Assembly: GCA_958296135.2 (NCBI GenBank)
Contig: CATQHZ020000001.1
Location: 960,001-1,024,000, forward strand
From: an uncultured Poribacteria bacterium
GTDB taxonomy: Bacteria > Poribacteria > WGA-4E > WGA-3G
Reading direction: 5' to 3'
Length of the DNA: 64,000 nucleotides
Each line of letters opens with the position of its first letter. Position 1 is the stretch's first letter. The notes beneath the pieces were generated by a model. It ran no database searches. It was not told the origin of the DNA and saw only the letters and a program-made list of their open reading frames with translations. This document shows, piece by piece, positions 49,403-58,926 of the stretch. The translations under genes were made by a program, and so were the position numbers.

Positions 49403-50401
49403 TTGAAACGAATGAACTTAAAATGGGGTGTGCTCGGTGCGGGGAGCGTTGCACAACGCCGGGCAATGCCTGCTATCCAAAAAGCCGAAGGCGCAGAATT
49501 ACACGCGCTCCTCTCTCGCGATGCTAACCGCGCAAAACAACTCGCTGCTGACTACGGCGCAGCCGCCGCCTATACCACCGTTGACGCGCTCTTGGCAGAT
49601 GATGCGCTGGACGCGATTTACGTCTCAACGCCTGTCTATCTGCATTGCGAGCAGGTTATCGCCGCGGCGGAGCGTGGTTTACACGTGTTGTGCGATAAAC
49701 CGATGGCACTCACGCCGCAGGAATGCACGCGGATGATTGCCGCCTGCGAAGCTAACGGCGTGCAGTTACAGGTGTGCTTCCTCTTTCGGTTCCACTCCTG
49801 CTTCCAGCAAATCCATGCGTGGGTAAACGAGGGACGTTTAGGCCAGATAGTTCATGGCAGAGTGCCGTTTTTGAAGCAGTATCGGCTGACTGCAGATGAA
49901 TGGCGCGCGCAGCCGGAAAAAGGCGGCGGGGGTTGCTTCATGGATTTGGGCGCACACAGCGTCGATTTGCTCCGTTACCTCATCGGTGAGGTGGCGGCAG
50001 TCAGCGCGTTCTGCAACAGCGCGATGCATCACTACGCTGTTGAGGATACGGGCGGCATCCTGATGCGCTTCGCGAACGGCGCGCAGGCGTTCACCGACCT
50101 CAGTTTCTCTGTCGCGCACTGCGACATCGTGCTGGAGCTCTACGGCACGGAAGGCACCGTCTGGGTGGACAACGATGATGGTTGGAAGATCCGCACCTAT
50201 CTTGATGGCGAGCCTGGGCGCATCGCCTCGCAGTACGAAGACCTTTATCAGCATCAGTTTGAGCATTTTGCGGCGTGCGTGCATCGCGGTGTCTCACCGA
50301 TTGTTAGCGGGCTTGATGGGTTAAGGACAAACGAGATTTTAGCGGCGGCGTATCGCTCGGCGGAGACAGGAGAGGTTGTGCAATGCGCGCCGGCTCATTA
50401 G
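49403..50401 (+). CDS. Gfo/Idh/MocA family oxidoreductase
   Basis: WGVLGAG, YVSTP..H, HVLCDKP, GGG..MD.G.H. Confidence 0.93.
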   Translation: MKRMNLKWGVLGAGSVAQRRAMPAIQKAEGAELHALLSRDANRAKQLAADYGAAAAYTTVDALLADDALDAIYVSTPVYLHCEQVIAAAERGLHVLCDKPMALTPQECTRMIAACEANGVQLQVCFLFRFHSCFQQIHAWVNEGRLGQIVHGRVPFLKQYRLTADEWRAQPEKGGGGCFMDLGAHSVDLLRYLIGEVAAVSAFCNSAMHHYAVEDTGGILMRFANGAQAFTDLSFSVAHCDIVLELYGTEGTVWVDNDDGWKIRTYLDGEPGRIASQYEDLYQHQFEHFAACVHRGVSPIVSGLDGLRTNEILAAAYRSAETGEVVQCAPAH

Positions 50402-50439
50402 CGCGAAGAATGTGGGGCGGGGGACAGGGCCGATGGCCG

Positions 50440-51410
50440 CCGTAGGGCGCGGTCTTGTGCCGCGCCGTGCTTCGGTCTAGCGAGGAGGGTTCGCGAGGGC
50501 CTGTCTCGCGCTACGGTGAAAGGGGCCTCTTTCGCGCTACGGTAAATGCTCCTTAGTCCGTAGGGCGAGGGCCTGTCCCTCGCCATGCTTCGGTCTAGCG
50601 AGAGGGTTCGCGAGGGACAAGTTTTCCCGCGCGCGAGGGTGAAAGGGGGCCTTTCTTGTCGGTCGAGAGATCGCGGCGGACAGGCCGCCGCGCTACGGTG
50701 AAAAGGGGCCGACGGTGAAAAGGGCACCTTAGTCCGTAGGGCGCGGTCCTGTGCCGCGCCATGCTTCGGTCTAGCGAGAGGGTTCGCGAGGAACAGGTTT
50801 TCCCGCGCGCGAGGGTGAAAGGGGGCCTTTCTTGTCGGTCGAGAGATCGCGAGGGGAACCCTCGGCGATTAGTGATCGCCGGGCCCTCGCGCTACGATGA
50901 AAGGGGCCGTTTTGAGGGATCGAGAGATCGCGAGGGACAGGCCCTCGCGCTACGGTGAAAAGGGGCCGACGGTGAAGAGGCCCCCTTAGTCCGTAGGGCG
51001 CGGTCCTGTGCCGCGCCATGCATCGGTCTATCAAGGAGGATCGCGAGGGACAGGTCCCGAACATCGAGACCGGGAGGTCTCTCCTACCGGGGACAGGTTT
51101 TCCCTCGCGCGACGGTGATAAGGGGCCGTCGGTGAAAAGGGCTTCTTAGTCCGTAGGGCGCGGTCCTGTGCTGCGCCATGCATCGGTCAATCGAGAGGGT
51201 TCGCGAGGGACAGGTTTTCCCGCGCGCGAGGGTGAAAGGGGGCCTTTCTTATCGGTCGAGAGATCGCGAGGGGAACCCTCGGCGATTAGTGATCGCCGGG
51301 CCCTCGCGCTACGGTGAAAAGGGGCCGTAGGTGAAAATGCCCTTAGTCCGTAGGGCGCGGTCCTGTGCCGCGCCAGGCATCGGTGAAAAGGGGCCTCTTT
51401 CGCGCGAGGG
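50440..51410. repeat. Large BIME-like REP array (~1 kb)
   Basis: Alternating ccGTAGggcgcggtcctgtgccgcgcc and tcgcgagggacaggccctcgcgCTACgg units. Confidence 0.9.
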
Positions 51411-51451
51411 TTAAAAGGGCCGCTCTGGACCTGGATGCTGTAACCTAAACC

Positions 51452-51605
51452 TTGACAAAAACGTTAAAAAATGATAGCATCTAAAAGAATTCGCAATTTT
51501 AATTTGACAAAAACGCGAAAATATGGTATATTATATAGATATGCTCATTATTGCGCGTTAAAATCACATTTTTAAGTTGACAAGCGCGCAAAAATGTGGT
51601 ATACT
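51452..51605 (+). promoter_or_regulatory. Three tandem sigma70 promoters
   Basis: TTGACA-17-TAGCAT (51452-51480), TTGACA-17-TATATT (51504-51532), TTGACA-17-TATACT (51577-51605), each with TG extension. Confidence 0.8.
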
Positions 51606-51662
51606 ATTTATGTCATTGATTTAGGGCACGAAATTTAACGCAACTAATAAAGGAGCACGAAC

Positions 51663-52052
51663 GTGAACACTCAATTCCGCGCGGATTATCCGATTCGTCT
51701 GCAGACATCTGTGAAAGCGACGCAGCAGCCCGCGCGGCTGCGCGCCGTATCCACGTTTGCGTTTGCGCGTCCCGTTGACGATGCCCTAGACCGGATCACC
51801 CCCCCCCATCATTTACACCCGTTAACCTTTGCCGCTCTCGGCAGGAAGGGGCTCCGGGGGGATATCCTTGCTCGCAATTCCAACATGAAAACCGCGCGCG
51901 TTGCAAGCGCACGACTCACATTGCCTCGTGGCAACCGTTCACGTTCGCGTGAAAGCGGCTGCCACGGGGCTCTTCGCGTTGCACCGATGGCTGCAACGTC
52001 GAAGTCCACCAGCGTTGTTCTGGGGAAATTTCTGTCCCCACTAGGGATATAA
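51663..52052 (+). CDS. Possible upstream ORF (129 aa, basic, low-complexity)
   Basis: SD AAGGAG then GTG just downstream of the promoters; no known motif. Confidence 0.35.
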   Translation: MNTQFRADYPIRLQTSVKATQQPARLRAVSTFAFARPVDDALDRITPPHHLHPLTFAALGRKGLRGDILARNSNMKTARVASARLTLPRGNRSRSRESGCHGALRVAPMAATSKSTSVVLGKFLSPLGI

Positions 52053-52213
52053 AGGGGCAGGATAGCCGTGGGCCTCCGCCCACGGTTACCCTGTTTTCTC
52101 CGAGACTACGCCGCCTGCTGTGCTCGAATCTGCAGGTGAATTCGATAAGAGCGGAGAGCCACCGCAAACGGCGCGGTGATTCTCCAGTTCAATAAAATAA
52201 GGAAAAAATTGAA

Positions 52214-55200
52214 ATGATTAGAAAATCTTTCCTCAATCTTTGCGTTTTTCTGCTCATCGCCGGTGTTGTCGTCATGACCACCCCGATGGACGTGCACGCT
52301 ATCGCATTGAAGGATATCAAGTGGTATTACAAGCAGGCTGGCGGAAGCGTCACAGCCTCGCCCACCACCGGCGGGCAGACCCTCGCCGCCGGCGATCAGG
52401 TTATCGTTGATGTGCGGTTTCAGGTATCTACTTCGGATACGAATGTTCGGACCGTTGATGTCTATGCTTCAGCTATCTTATATCTAAATATAGGCACCAC
52501 TCCTGAATTAGAAGAAGTTGAAGCAAGACCGGTCGATAACGACGGTAACTTCTACTCGGGTTCCGTTAATGAGCAGCGTGCCGTACGAATGCGGGATGAT
52601 ACGGAGATTGTTCGGTTTGTCTATATAGTCCAGACGGGCATGGGCGCGGTCTCCCTGGATGATGATAAGGATAGCTCTGGCAAGTACTTCTACACTGGCC
52701 ATTGGCAAGCTATCGTCAGAGGCGATTCATATCGCCAAACCGTTCATCCCCATCGGCACGGTCATTCGACGTTTACGGGTGATCCTGTTGCCTATCCATA
52801 TTGGCTAAACTGGGGGGATGCGATCCCCACTTCTCCCATGGTCCTCGGTCTCACAGGACCTCCCATGGTGGATGCCACTCGCCCGGAGCTGGCAACGACA
52901 TCGACATCCGTTTTCCCGGTGAAGTTCGTTGGTGCCCCGACGCATACCGGCCCGTCCCGCTATCACAAGGTGCGCCAGACGTGTTACCACTATCACGGTC
53001 AATTCGGTAGCTCTTACACGGGCTACTGCCCTTTGGTGGAAGATCATGGCTGGGCCCTTCCCACCGGGCCGAACGCGGTGACTTTGGCCAATAGCCCGGA
53101 AGCCGGCTATTACGGCTTAGGCGACACTATTCAAATTCAGGTGACGTTTAGTAAACCTGTCACCGCCGACCCTGGTGTGACGCTGAGGATGGACTACACG
53201 TTCAACCCATTGGACCCGAACACGGAGTTTGGACTTGATGCTGCGGATAGGGCTGACGGAGATACAACGCTCACCTTCAAACACACCGTGGTAACTGGAG
53301 ATCGGAAGTTTGATGGTGTCGATCTCACCTGGAATAATCTGTGGCATAATACCCGTACCGAGCTGGGGGATGCAGCAACTATTATTTCAGCACCGAGGCA
53401 CATAAAGGACCTGGCTGGCAACACTTTTGATCCTGGTGCTTATGTTGAATTTGGTCACGATTTTGAAACGCCGCTTCGGGCGTTTCTGCTCAACATGCCT
53501 ACGCTCAGCAGTTCTAATGATGCGGCATATCCGCTTTGGAACCCGAGTGCTACGCCCGGTCAATATGCCGCTGCCTACGCCGTGGAGGTCATCAAGCACC
53601 TTGTGGATACTGTCCCGCCGACGGTGTGGATTCCCGGCGTGATAAAGAATGGTGAGACGCACACCGAGGATAGGCGCAATGCGATAGTCAACCTGGATTC
53701 CAGTGCATCTGGGTTGCCTGTGACAGATTTTGCGGCAGGGACTACGGAATCGGTGTCGCAGGACGGCGCGTTTGACGTTGAATTCCGCTTTACGAATTAC
53801 TCTGCCGCTGAGCCGAAGAGTGCCATCGCCGAGGAAATCGGGACGACGTTTGGCGCGGAGGACATCGCCATCACCGATGCAGCTGGGAATTCGCTGGACT
53901 GGACGGTTGATGCCCCGGAATACATTGGGCTCGACCATCGTGCCCTACAAAATTTCGGTTCGCCTCCCAGTGGGCATGCGCCTGGTGATGCGAAGAATTC
54001 AGCGTCGTTCTTGGTTTACAAAGCGCGGATTACGCCCGCCGCTGGTTTTAGGGGCGATGTGACGATTCAGGTTCCCGCGGGTGCCACGCAGGACATTGCG
54101 GGCAACGGGAATCTGGTATCGAATACGTTAACAGTGCCGGTGGACAGCGTGGTGGGTACGCCGGAGATTGTTGCGCCCCCCGCGGGTGTCTATACCGCCG
54201 GAGATAAGATTGAAGTGTCGGTGACATATACCCAGGAGAATCTGCGGTATGAAGGGGCCAACCTGCCGTATCTGGTGGTGTATCTGGGTGAACAGGTGTT
54301 AGCGAATGCGCGGCATGCTGTTTGGACAGCGGCGGAAGACACGAATTCGACGAAAGTGACGTTTGCGTATACGGTGGCAGCCACGGACACGGTGGCAGAG
54401 ACAGTGCGTGCTCCCTCTGTCGAGATACAGGTGCCGGTAGGGACGACGTTGCTGTCTGGGCAACAGCGGCAGTCTGGGACAGCAGCGCCTGCGATGGATT
54501 CTGGTGCTGCGCCGGCCTCGGTGCCGGCGGCGGCCCCGGGGGGTTCGCCTGTCGTCCGGGAGACACCGGTTATACCGTTTGTGCCGTTTTTCCCCGAGGA
54601 GACTTCGCCGAAGGCTGATGCCTCCGAGGTGCCTCGCAGTCCGATTGTTTTCAACGAGTTTGGCAATGGCAGCGGTGCTGCAAACGACTGGCTGGAATTG
54701 CGGAATGTCACGGGCGCGGCTGTCTCCTTGAAAGACTGGGAGCTGAGCGTCGTGCAAGATGACAAAAAGGAAGATACATCGCTCGTCGTTTTCGCGGATG
54801 TGAGCGTGCCTGCGAATGGACTGTTGCTGCTGGTGAGTACCTCGCCGGCCAAAACGCCTCTCGCCGGTGGCGATGATATTGCCACTTCCGCCGTAGAGCA
54901 GAAAGGTTCACCGCATCAGTATCTCGTTGCCTCGGGCCTCGCGTTGCCGGACGATGGGAAGTTCCTGTTGATTTTGCGCAACGCCAAGGAGAAGTTGGGC
55001 AAGAATGAGGCGTTCGTGGATGTCGCCGGTGGCGGTGGCAGTGACACGGATGCGTTCGTTCGCGAGCAGACAGGTGACTATGATACATACGTGTGGCCGT
55101 TGCAAGTGCGTGAAGCTCCCGGTGGTGATACCGAAGGGGCCCTCGGCTCTGGTAAGGTGTGGCAGCGTGCCAAGGCAGATATTGTGGGTTACCACAAAGA

Positions 55201-56320
55201 TGCCTGGGCAGAGGCGGCGTTCACCGGTATCGGCTATGACAGGACTGTCTCGAAGTCTGCGGCGACGGGTGGCACCCCGGGGTATCCGAATGGTGCGGTG
55301 AAAACGGCAGCAGCTACGCCGAAAGGCAGTATCACTATCAGCGAAGTCATGTTTGACTCGGGTGGCGGCACACTGCCACAGTGGATAGAGTTGTATAATA
55401 AATCCAAAACCGAGGCACTCAATCTGAACCGGTGGGAACTGGAGTTCCAGAATGTGGATTCCGAAGATCTCGTCGGTAGGCCGATTGTGGCGTTGACGTT
55501 GCAAGAGAAGGTGATTCAACCGAATCAGACGCTGCTGATTGTTGCGGGGCCTGCGCGTGCGTCATCAAGCACGGTATTTCCTGCGGAGCGCGTTTACAAC
55601 CTGTTGGCTTTGCATCAGCGGAACCTGCGCATTAAGACTGCGCGGGATACGTTCCTGAGCGCGGAGGGGTTCTACCTGAAACTTACCGATAGCAACGGTA
55701 ACCTCGTAGACGAGGTTGGCAACACTGATGGCAATCGTCGGACGAAAGATGCACCGGCGTGGGCGTTACCGGTGAGTGCCGAGGAAGGTGTTCGGAGTTC
55801 GCTGATTCGGCGTTACGACAACGGCGTTGCACTGAAAGGGAAGGAGCGTGCGAGTTGGGCTCTGGCATCGAACCTCAAGCGACTCGCCGTGGCAGAACTC
55901 CATTATGGGCATGCCGAGGACATCGGCACGCCGGGGTATCGGAAAGGCGGTGCCTTGCCGGTGGAGTTGTCAAGTTTCTCGGTGATGCACAATGAAGCCG
56001 GCGCGGTTGTCTTAACTTGGACGACGGAGTCTGAAGTTGACAACGCTGGGTTTAACCTGCGCCGCAGCGAAAAACGCGATAGTGGTTTCACGCTGCTGAA
56101 TGCTGCGCTGATTGCGGGTGCTGGCACAACGGGTGAGCGTCAGACGTATACGTTTACGGATACGTCTGCGAAGCCGGGTGTTGAGTACTATTATCAGATC
56201 GAGGAGGTCGCGTTTGATGGCCGGCCGGAGACGTTGGCGATGCGGATGTTGCGGGGGCCTGTCTCTGCGGCGAATCGGATGCTGACGACGTTTGGTGCTC
56301 TGAAACAGCAGGCGAAATAA
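52214..56320 (+). CDS. Large secreted protein with Ig-like and two lamin-tail domains
   Basis: Signal peptide; Ig-like VPAGATQDIAGNGN; LTDs IVFNEF..DWLELRN and ITISEVMF..QWIELYN; LPVELSSF..WTTESEVDNAGF..YYQIEEV domain; C-term PVSAANRMLTTFGALK. Confidence 0.88.
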   Translation: MIRKSFLNLCVFLLIAGVVVMTTPMDVHAIALKDIKWYYKQAGGSVTASPTTGGQTLAAGDQVIVDVRFQVSTSDTNVRTVDVYASAILYLNIGTTPELEEVEARPVDNDGNFYSGSVNEQRAVRMRDDTEIVRFVYIVQTGMGAVSLDDDKDSSGKYFYTGHWQAIVRGDSYRQTVHPHRHGHSTFTGDPVAYPYWLNWGDAIPTSPMVLGLTGPPMVDATRPELATTSTSVFPVKFVGAPTHTGPSRYHKVRQTCYHYHGQFGSSYTGYCPLVEDHGWALPTGPNAVTLANSPEAGYYGLGDTIQIQVTFSKPVTADPGVTLRMDYTFNPLDPNTEFGLDAADRADGDTTLTFKHTVVTGDRKFDGVDLTWNNLWHNTRTELGDAATIISAPRHIKDLAGNTFDPGAYVEFGHDFETPLRAFLLNMPTLSSSNDAAYPLWNPSATPGQYAAAYAVEVIKHLVDTVPPTVWIPGVIKNGETHTEDRRNAIVNLDSSASGLPVTDFAAGTTESVSQDGAFDVEFRFTNYSAAEPKSAIAEEIGTTFGAEDIAITDAAGNSLDWTVDAPEYIGLDHRALQNFGSPPSGHAPGDAKNSASFLVYKARITPAAGFRGDVTIQVPAGATQDIAGNGNLVSNTLTVPVDSVVGTPEIVAPPAGVYTAGDKIEVSVTYTQENLRYEGANLPYLVVYLGEQVLANARHAVWTAAEDTNSTKVTFAYTVAATDTVAETVRAPSVEIQVPVGTTLLSGQQRQSGTAAPAMDSGAAPASVPAAAPGGSPVVRETPVIPFVPFFPEETSPKADASEVPRSPIVFNEFGNGSGAANDWLELRNVTGAAVSLKDWELSVVQDDKKEDTSLVVFADVSVPANGLLLLVSTSPAKTPLAGGDDIATSAVEQKGSPHQYLVASGLALPDDGKFLLILRNAKEKLGKNEAFVDVAGGGGSDTDAFVREQTGDYDTYVWPLQVREAPGGDTEGALGSGKVWQRAKADIVGYHKDAWAEAAFTGIGYDRTVSKSAATGGTPGYPNGAVKTAAATPKGSITISEVMFDSGGGTLPQWIELYNKSKTEALNLNRWELEFQNVDSEDLVGRPIVALTLQEKVIQPNQTLLIVAGPARASSSTVFPAERVYNLLALHQRNLRIKTARDTFLSAEGFYLKLTDSNGNLVDEVGNTDGNRRTKDAPAWALPVSAEEGVRSSLIRRYDNGVALKGKERASWALASNLKRLAVAELHYGHAEDIGTPGYRKGGALPVELSSFSVMHNEAGAVVLTWTTESEVDNAGFNLRRSEKRDSGFTLLNAALIAGAGTTGERQTYTFTDTSAKPGVEYYYQIEEVAFDGRPETLAMRMLRGPVSAANRMLTTFGALKQQAK

Positions 56321-56353
56321 ACGTAGAGCGGGGGGTTGTCCCTCGCGATGTAG

Positions 56354-56393
56354 AAAACGGCCGTGGCCCCTTGGGGGTTGCGGCTGTTTTTTT
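56354..56393 (+). terminator. Intrinsic terminator
   Basis: ACGGCCGTGGCCCC/GGGGTTGCGGCTGT stem plus T-run after the 52214-56320 gene. Confidence 0.65.
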
Positions 56394-56399
56394 CGTGTG

Positions 56400-57710
56400 C
56401 GATGGTAAAAAGGCCCCTTAGTCCGTAGGGCGCGGTCCTGTGCCGCGCCATGCATCGATGAAAAGGCCCTTAGTCCGTAGGGCGCGGTCCTGTGCCGCGC
56501 CGTGCAATGGTAAAAAGGTGCCTTAGTCCGTAGGGCGCGGTCCTGTGCCGCGCCATGCATCGATCTGTAGAGAAGATGGCCGAAGTCCCGGGGCTTCTGC
56601 CGTTTTTCGTGTGGTCGAACGATCGCGAGGGACAGTGGACATCTCTGCAGCGAGGCTGCAGAGATGACAAAGTTTCGGCGTGACGGCCCTCGCGCTACGG
56701 TAAAAGGGGCTGTTTGGGCGGTCAGGCGATCGCGAGGGACAGGCCCTCGCGCTACGGTGAGAGGGGCTTTCTTGTCGGTCGGGGGATCGCGAGGGGAACC
56801 CTCGGCGATTAGTGATCGCCGGGCCCTCGCGCGACGGTGAAAGGGCCCCTTAGTCCGTAGGGCGCGGTCCTGTGCTGCGCCATGCATCGACCTACAGAGA
56901 AGTCCCGGGGCTTCGGGTGTTTTTGGTGTGGTCGAACGATCGCGAGGGACAGTGGACATCTCTGCAGCGATGCTGCAGAGATGACAAAGTTTCGGCGTGA
57001 CGGCCCTCGCGCTACGGTTAAAAGGGGCTGTTTGGGCGGTCAGGCGATCGCGAGGGACAGGCCCTCGCGCTACGGTGAGAGGGGCTTTCTTGTCGGTCGG
57101 GGGATCGCGAGGGGCACCCTCGGCGATTCGTGATCGCCGGGCCATCGCGTGACGGTGAAAGGGCCCCTTAGTCCGTAGGGCGCGGTCCTGTGCTGCGCCA
57201 TGCATCGGTCTGTAGAGAAGATGGCCGAAGTCCCGGGGCTTCGGGTGTTTTTGGTGTGGTCGAACGATCGCGAGGGACAGGCCCTCGCGCTACGGTGAAA
57301 GGGGCCTCTTTCGCGCGACGGTGAAAGGGCCCCTTAGTCCGTAGGGCGCGGTCCTGTGCCGCGCCATGCATCGATCTGCAGAGAAGATGGCCGAAGTCCC
57401 GGGGCTTCTGCCGTTTTTCGTGTAGGTCGGTAGATCGCGAGGGACAGTGGACATCTCTGCAGCGGGACTGCAGAGATGACAAAGTTTCGGCGTAACGGCC
57501 CTCGCGCTACGGTAAAAGGGGCTGTTTGGGCGGTCAGGCGATCGCGAGGGACAGGCCCTCGCGCTACGGTGAGAGGGGCTTTCTTGTCGGTCGGGGGATC
57601 GCGAGGGGAACCCTCGGCGATTCGCGAGGGACAGTGGACATCTCTGCAGCGAGGCTGCAGAGATGACAAAGTTTCGGCGTAACGGCCCTCGCGCTACGGT
57701 AAAAGGGGCC
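56400..57710. repeat. Largest BIME-like REP array (~1.3 kb) with four 50-bp inserts (56635-56684, 56952-57001, 57447-57496, 57634-57683)
   Basis: Higher-order duplicated blocks of GTAG REPs and spacers. Confidence 0.9.
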
Positions 57711-57717
57711 TTTAACG

Positions 57718-57750
57718 AAAAAAGGGGACTGCGCAAACGCAATCCCCCCC
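57718..57750 (-). terminator. Intrinsic terminator of mrp
   Basis: Minus strand GGGGATTGCG-TTTG-CGCAGTCCCC followed by a T-run. Confidence 0.7.
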
Positions 57751-57764
57751 TTGCCTCTCCGCAT

Positions 57765-58730
57765 TTAGAGAATTGTCAACTCCTCTTCCTCACCGCTTTC
57801 CTTCAACACCGCTTCCAATTCTGTTGCGACAGTGCCAAACGCGGCAGATTGCGGCGAATCTGGGTGCGCCGCAACGATAGGCACCCCTAAGTCGCCCGCG
57901 GTGCAGACTTCTGCATCCAGCGGAATTTGTCCTAACAGCGCAACGCTGAACCGTTCGCTCATGTTTTTCCCGCCGTCTGCCCGGAAAATCTCTGTCTTTT
58001 CGTCGCAGTGCGGACAGAGGAAATAACTCATATTTTCGATGATACCGAGGATCGGCACGCCGAGCCGTTCAAACATTGCTACGCCGCGCCGCACATCTGC
58101 TAAAGCGACATCCTGTGGTGTCGTGACGATGACTGCCCCGGTGAGGGGCATCGCTTGCGTTAGCGAAAGCGCGACATCACCTGTCCCCGGCGGCAGATCG
58201 ATGATGAGGTAATCCAATTCGCCCCAGGCCACGTCGCTCAGGAATTGGCGGATGGCACTGTGCAACATCGGGCCGCGCCAGATCATCGCCTGTTCTTCTG
58301 GCACCATAAACCCGATTGACATCAGTTTAATGTCGTGGCGGACAAGCGGGACGAGTTGCCGCTCTGGACTTGTCTGCGGCCGCTCTTGGACACCCATCAT
58401 CGTCGGTATGCTAGGACCATAGGCATCTGCGTCCATCAAGCCGACGGTGGCCCCCGCGTTCGCCAGCGAGATTGCCAGATTTGTCGCCACGGTAGATTTC
58501 CCCACGCCGCCCTTTCCGCTCGCCACGGCGATCTTATACCGCACGTTTGGCAATGCGATGTTCTGTTGCGGCGGCTGTTGTTGGGGCGGCGGCTGTTGTT
58601 GGGGCGGCGGCTGTGGTTTCCTACCGGAGACCTGGGCGCCGCTGATAACCTTCAGTTCAGGATGTGCCTTCGCCGCCGACTCCGGTTTCGGCTGCGGCTT
58701 TTTCTCTTCGCCTTTCTTAAAAAATCTCAT
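57765..58730 (-). CDS. mrp: Mrp/NBP35 (ApbC) Fe-S cluster carrier ATPase
   Basis: VASGKGGVGKST, DADAYGPS, WRGPM, DLPPGTGD, ENMSYF.CPHC. Confidence 0.95.
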   Translation of the reverse strand: MRFFKKGEEKKPQPKPESAAKAHPELKVISGAQVSGRKPQPPPQQQPPPQQQPPQQNIALPNVRYKIAVASGKGGVGKSTVATNLAISLANAGATVGLMDADAYGPSIPTMMGVQERPQTSPERQLVPLVRHDIKLMSIGFMVPEEQAMIWRGPMLHSAIRQFLSDVAWGELDYLIIDLPPGTGDVALSLTQAMPLTGAVIVTTPQDVALADVRRGVAMFERLGVPILGIIENMSYFLCPHCDEKTEIFRADGGKNMSERFSVALLGQIPLDAEVCTAGDLGVPIVAAHPDSPQSAAFGTVATELEAVLKESGEEEELTIL

Positions 58731-58926
58731 TTGTGTCGTCTCTGCTCCTTTTGTCTGTTTGTTCAGCTGTAGTTATGCTGCACCAGAGCCATTTAGGTAT
58801 CCCCATAGAGGAGCGGACCGGCTCCAAATGGCACACTAAATCGGCCTGGCACTAAATATGTTACCATTTTTTTATCTAAATCGTGTATAATAACGCGAAA
58901 AATCGCTATCTAGCAAGGATATTTCG

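Noticed and set aside
51799-52213. C9 tract as a phase-variation switch fusing the uORF to the 1368-aa gene
   Set aside because: The main gene's frame has a TAA at 52193-52195 just upstream of its start, so no tract length can create a fusion
56012-57742. Long ORFs over REP arrays (for example 397 aa at 56012-57205, 186 aa at 48674-49234)
   Set aside because: They are translations of stop-poor GC-rich repeats (recurrent VARGPVPR / SAASLQRCPLSL), lack SDs and overlap real genes on the opposite strand
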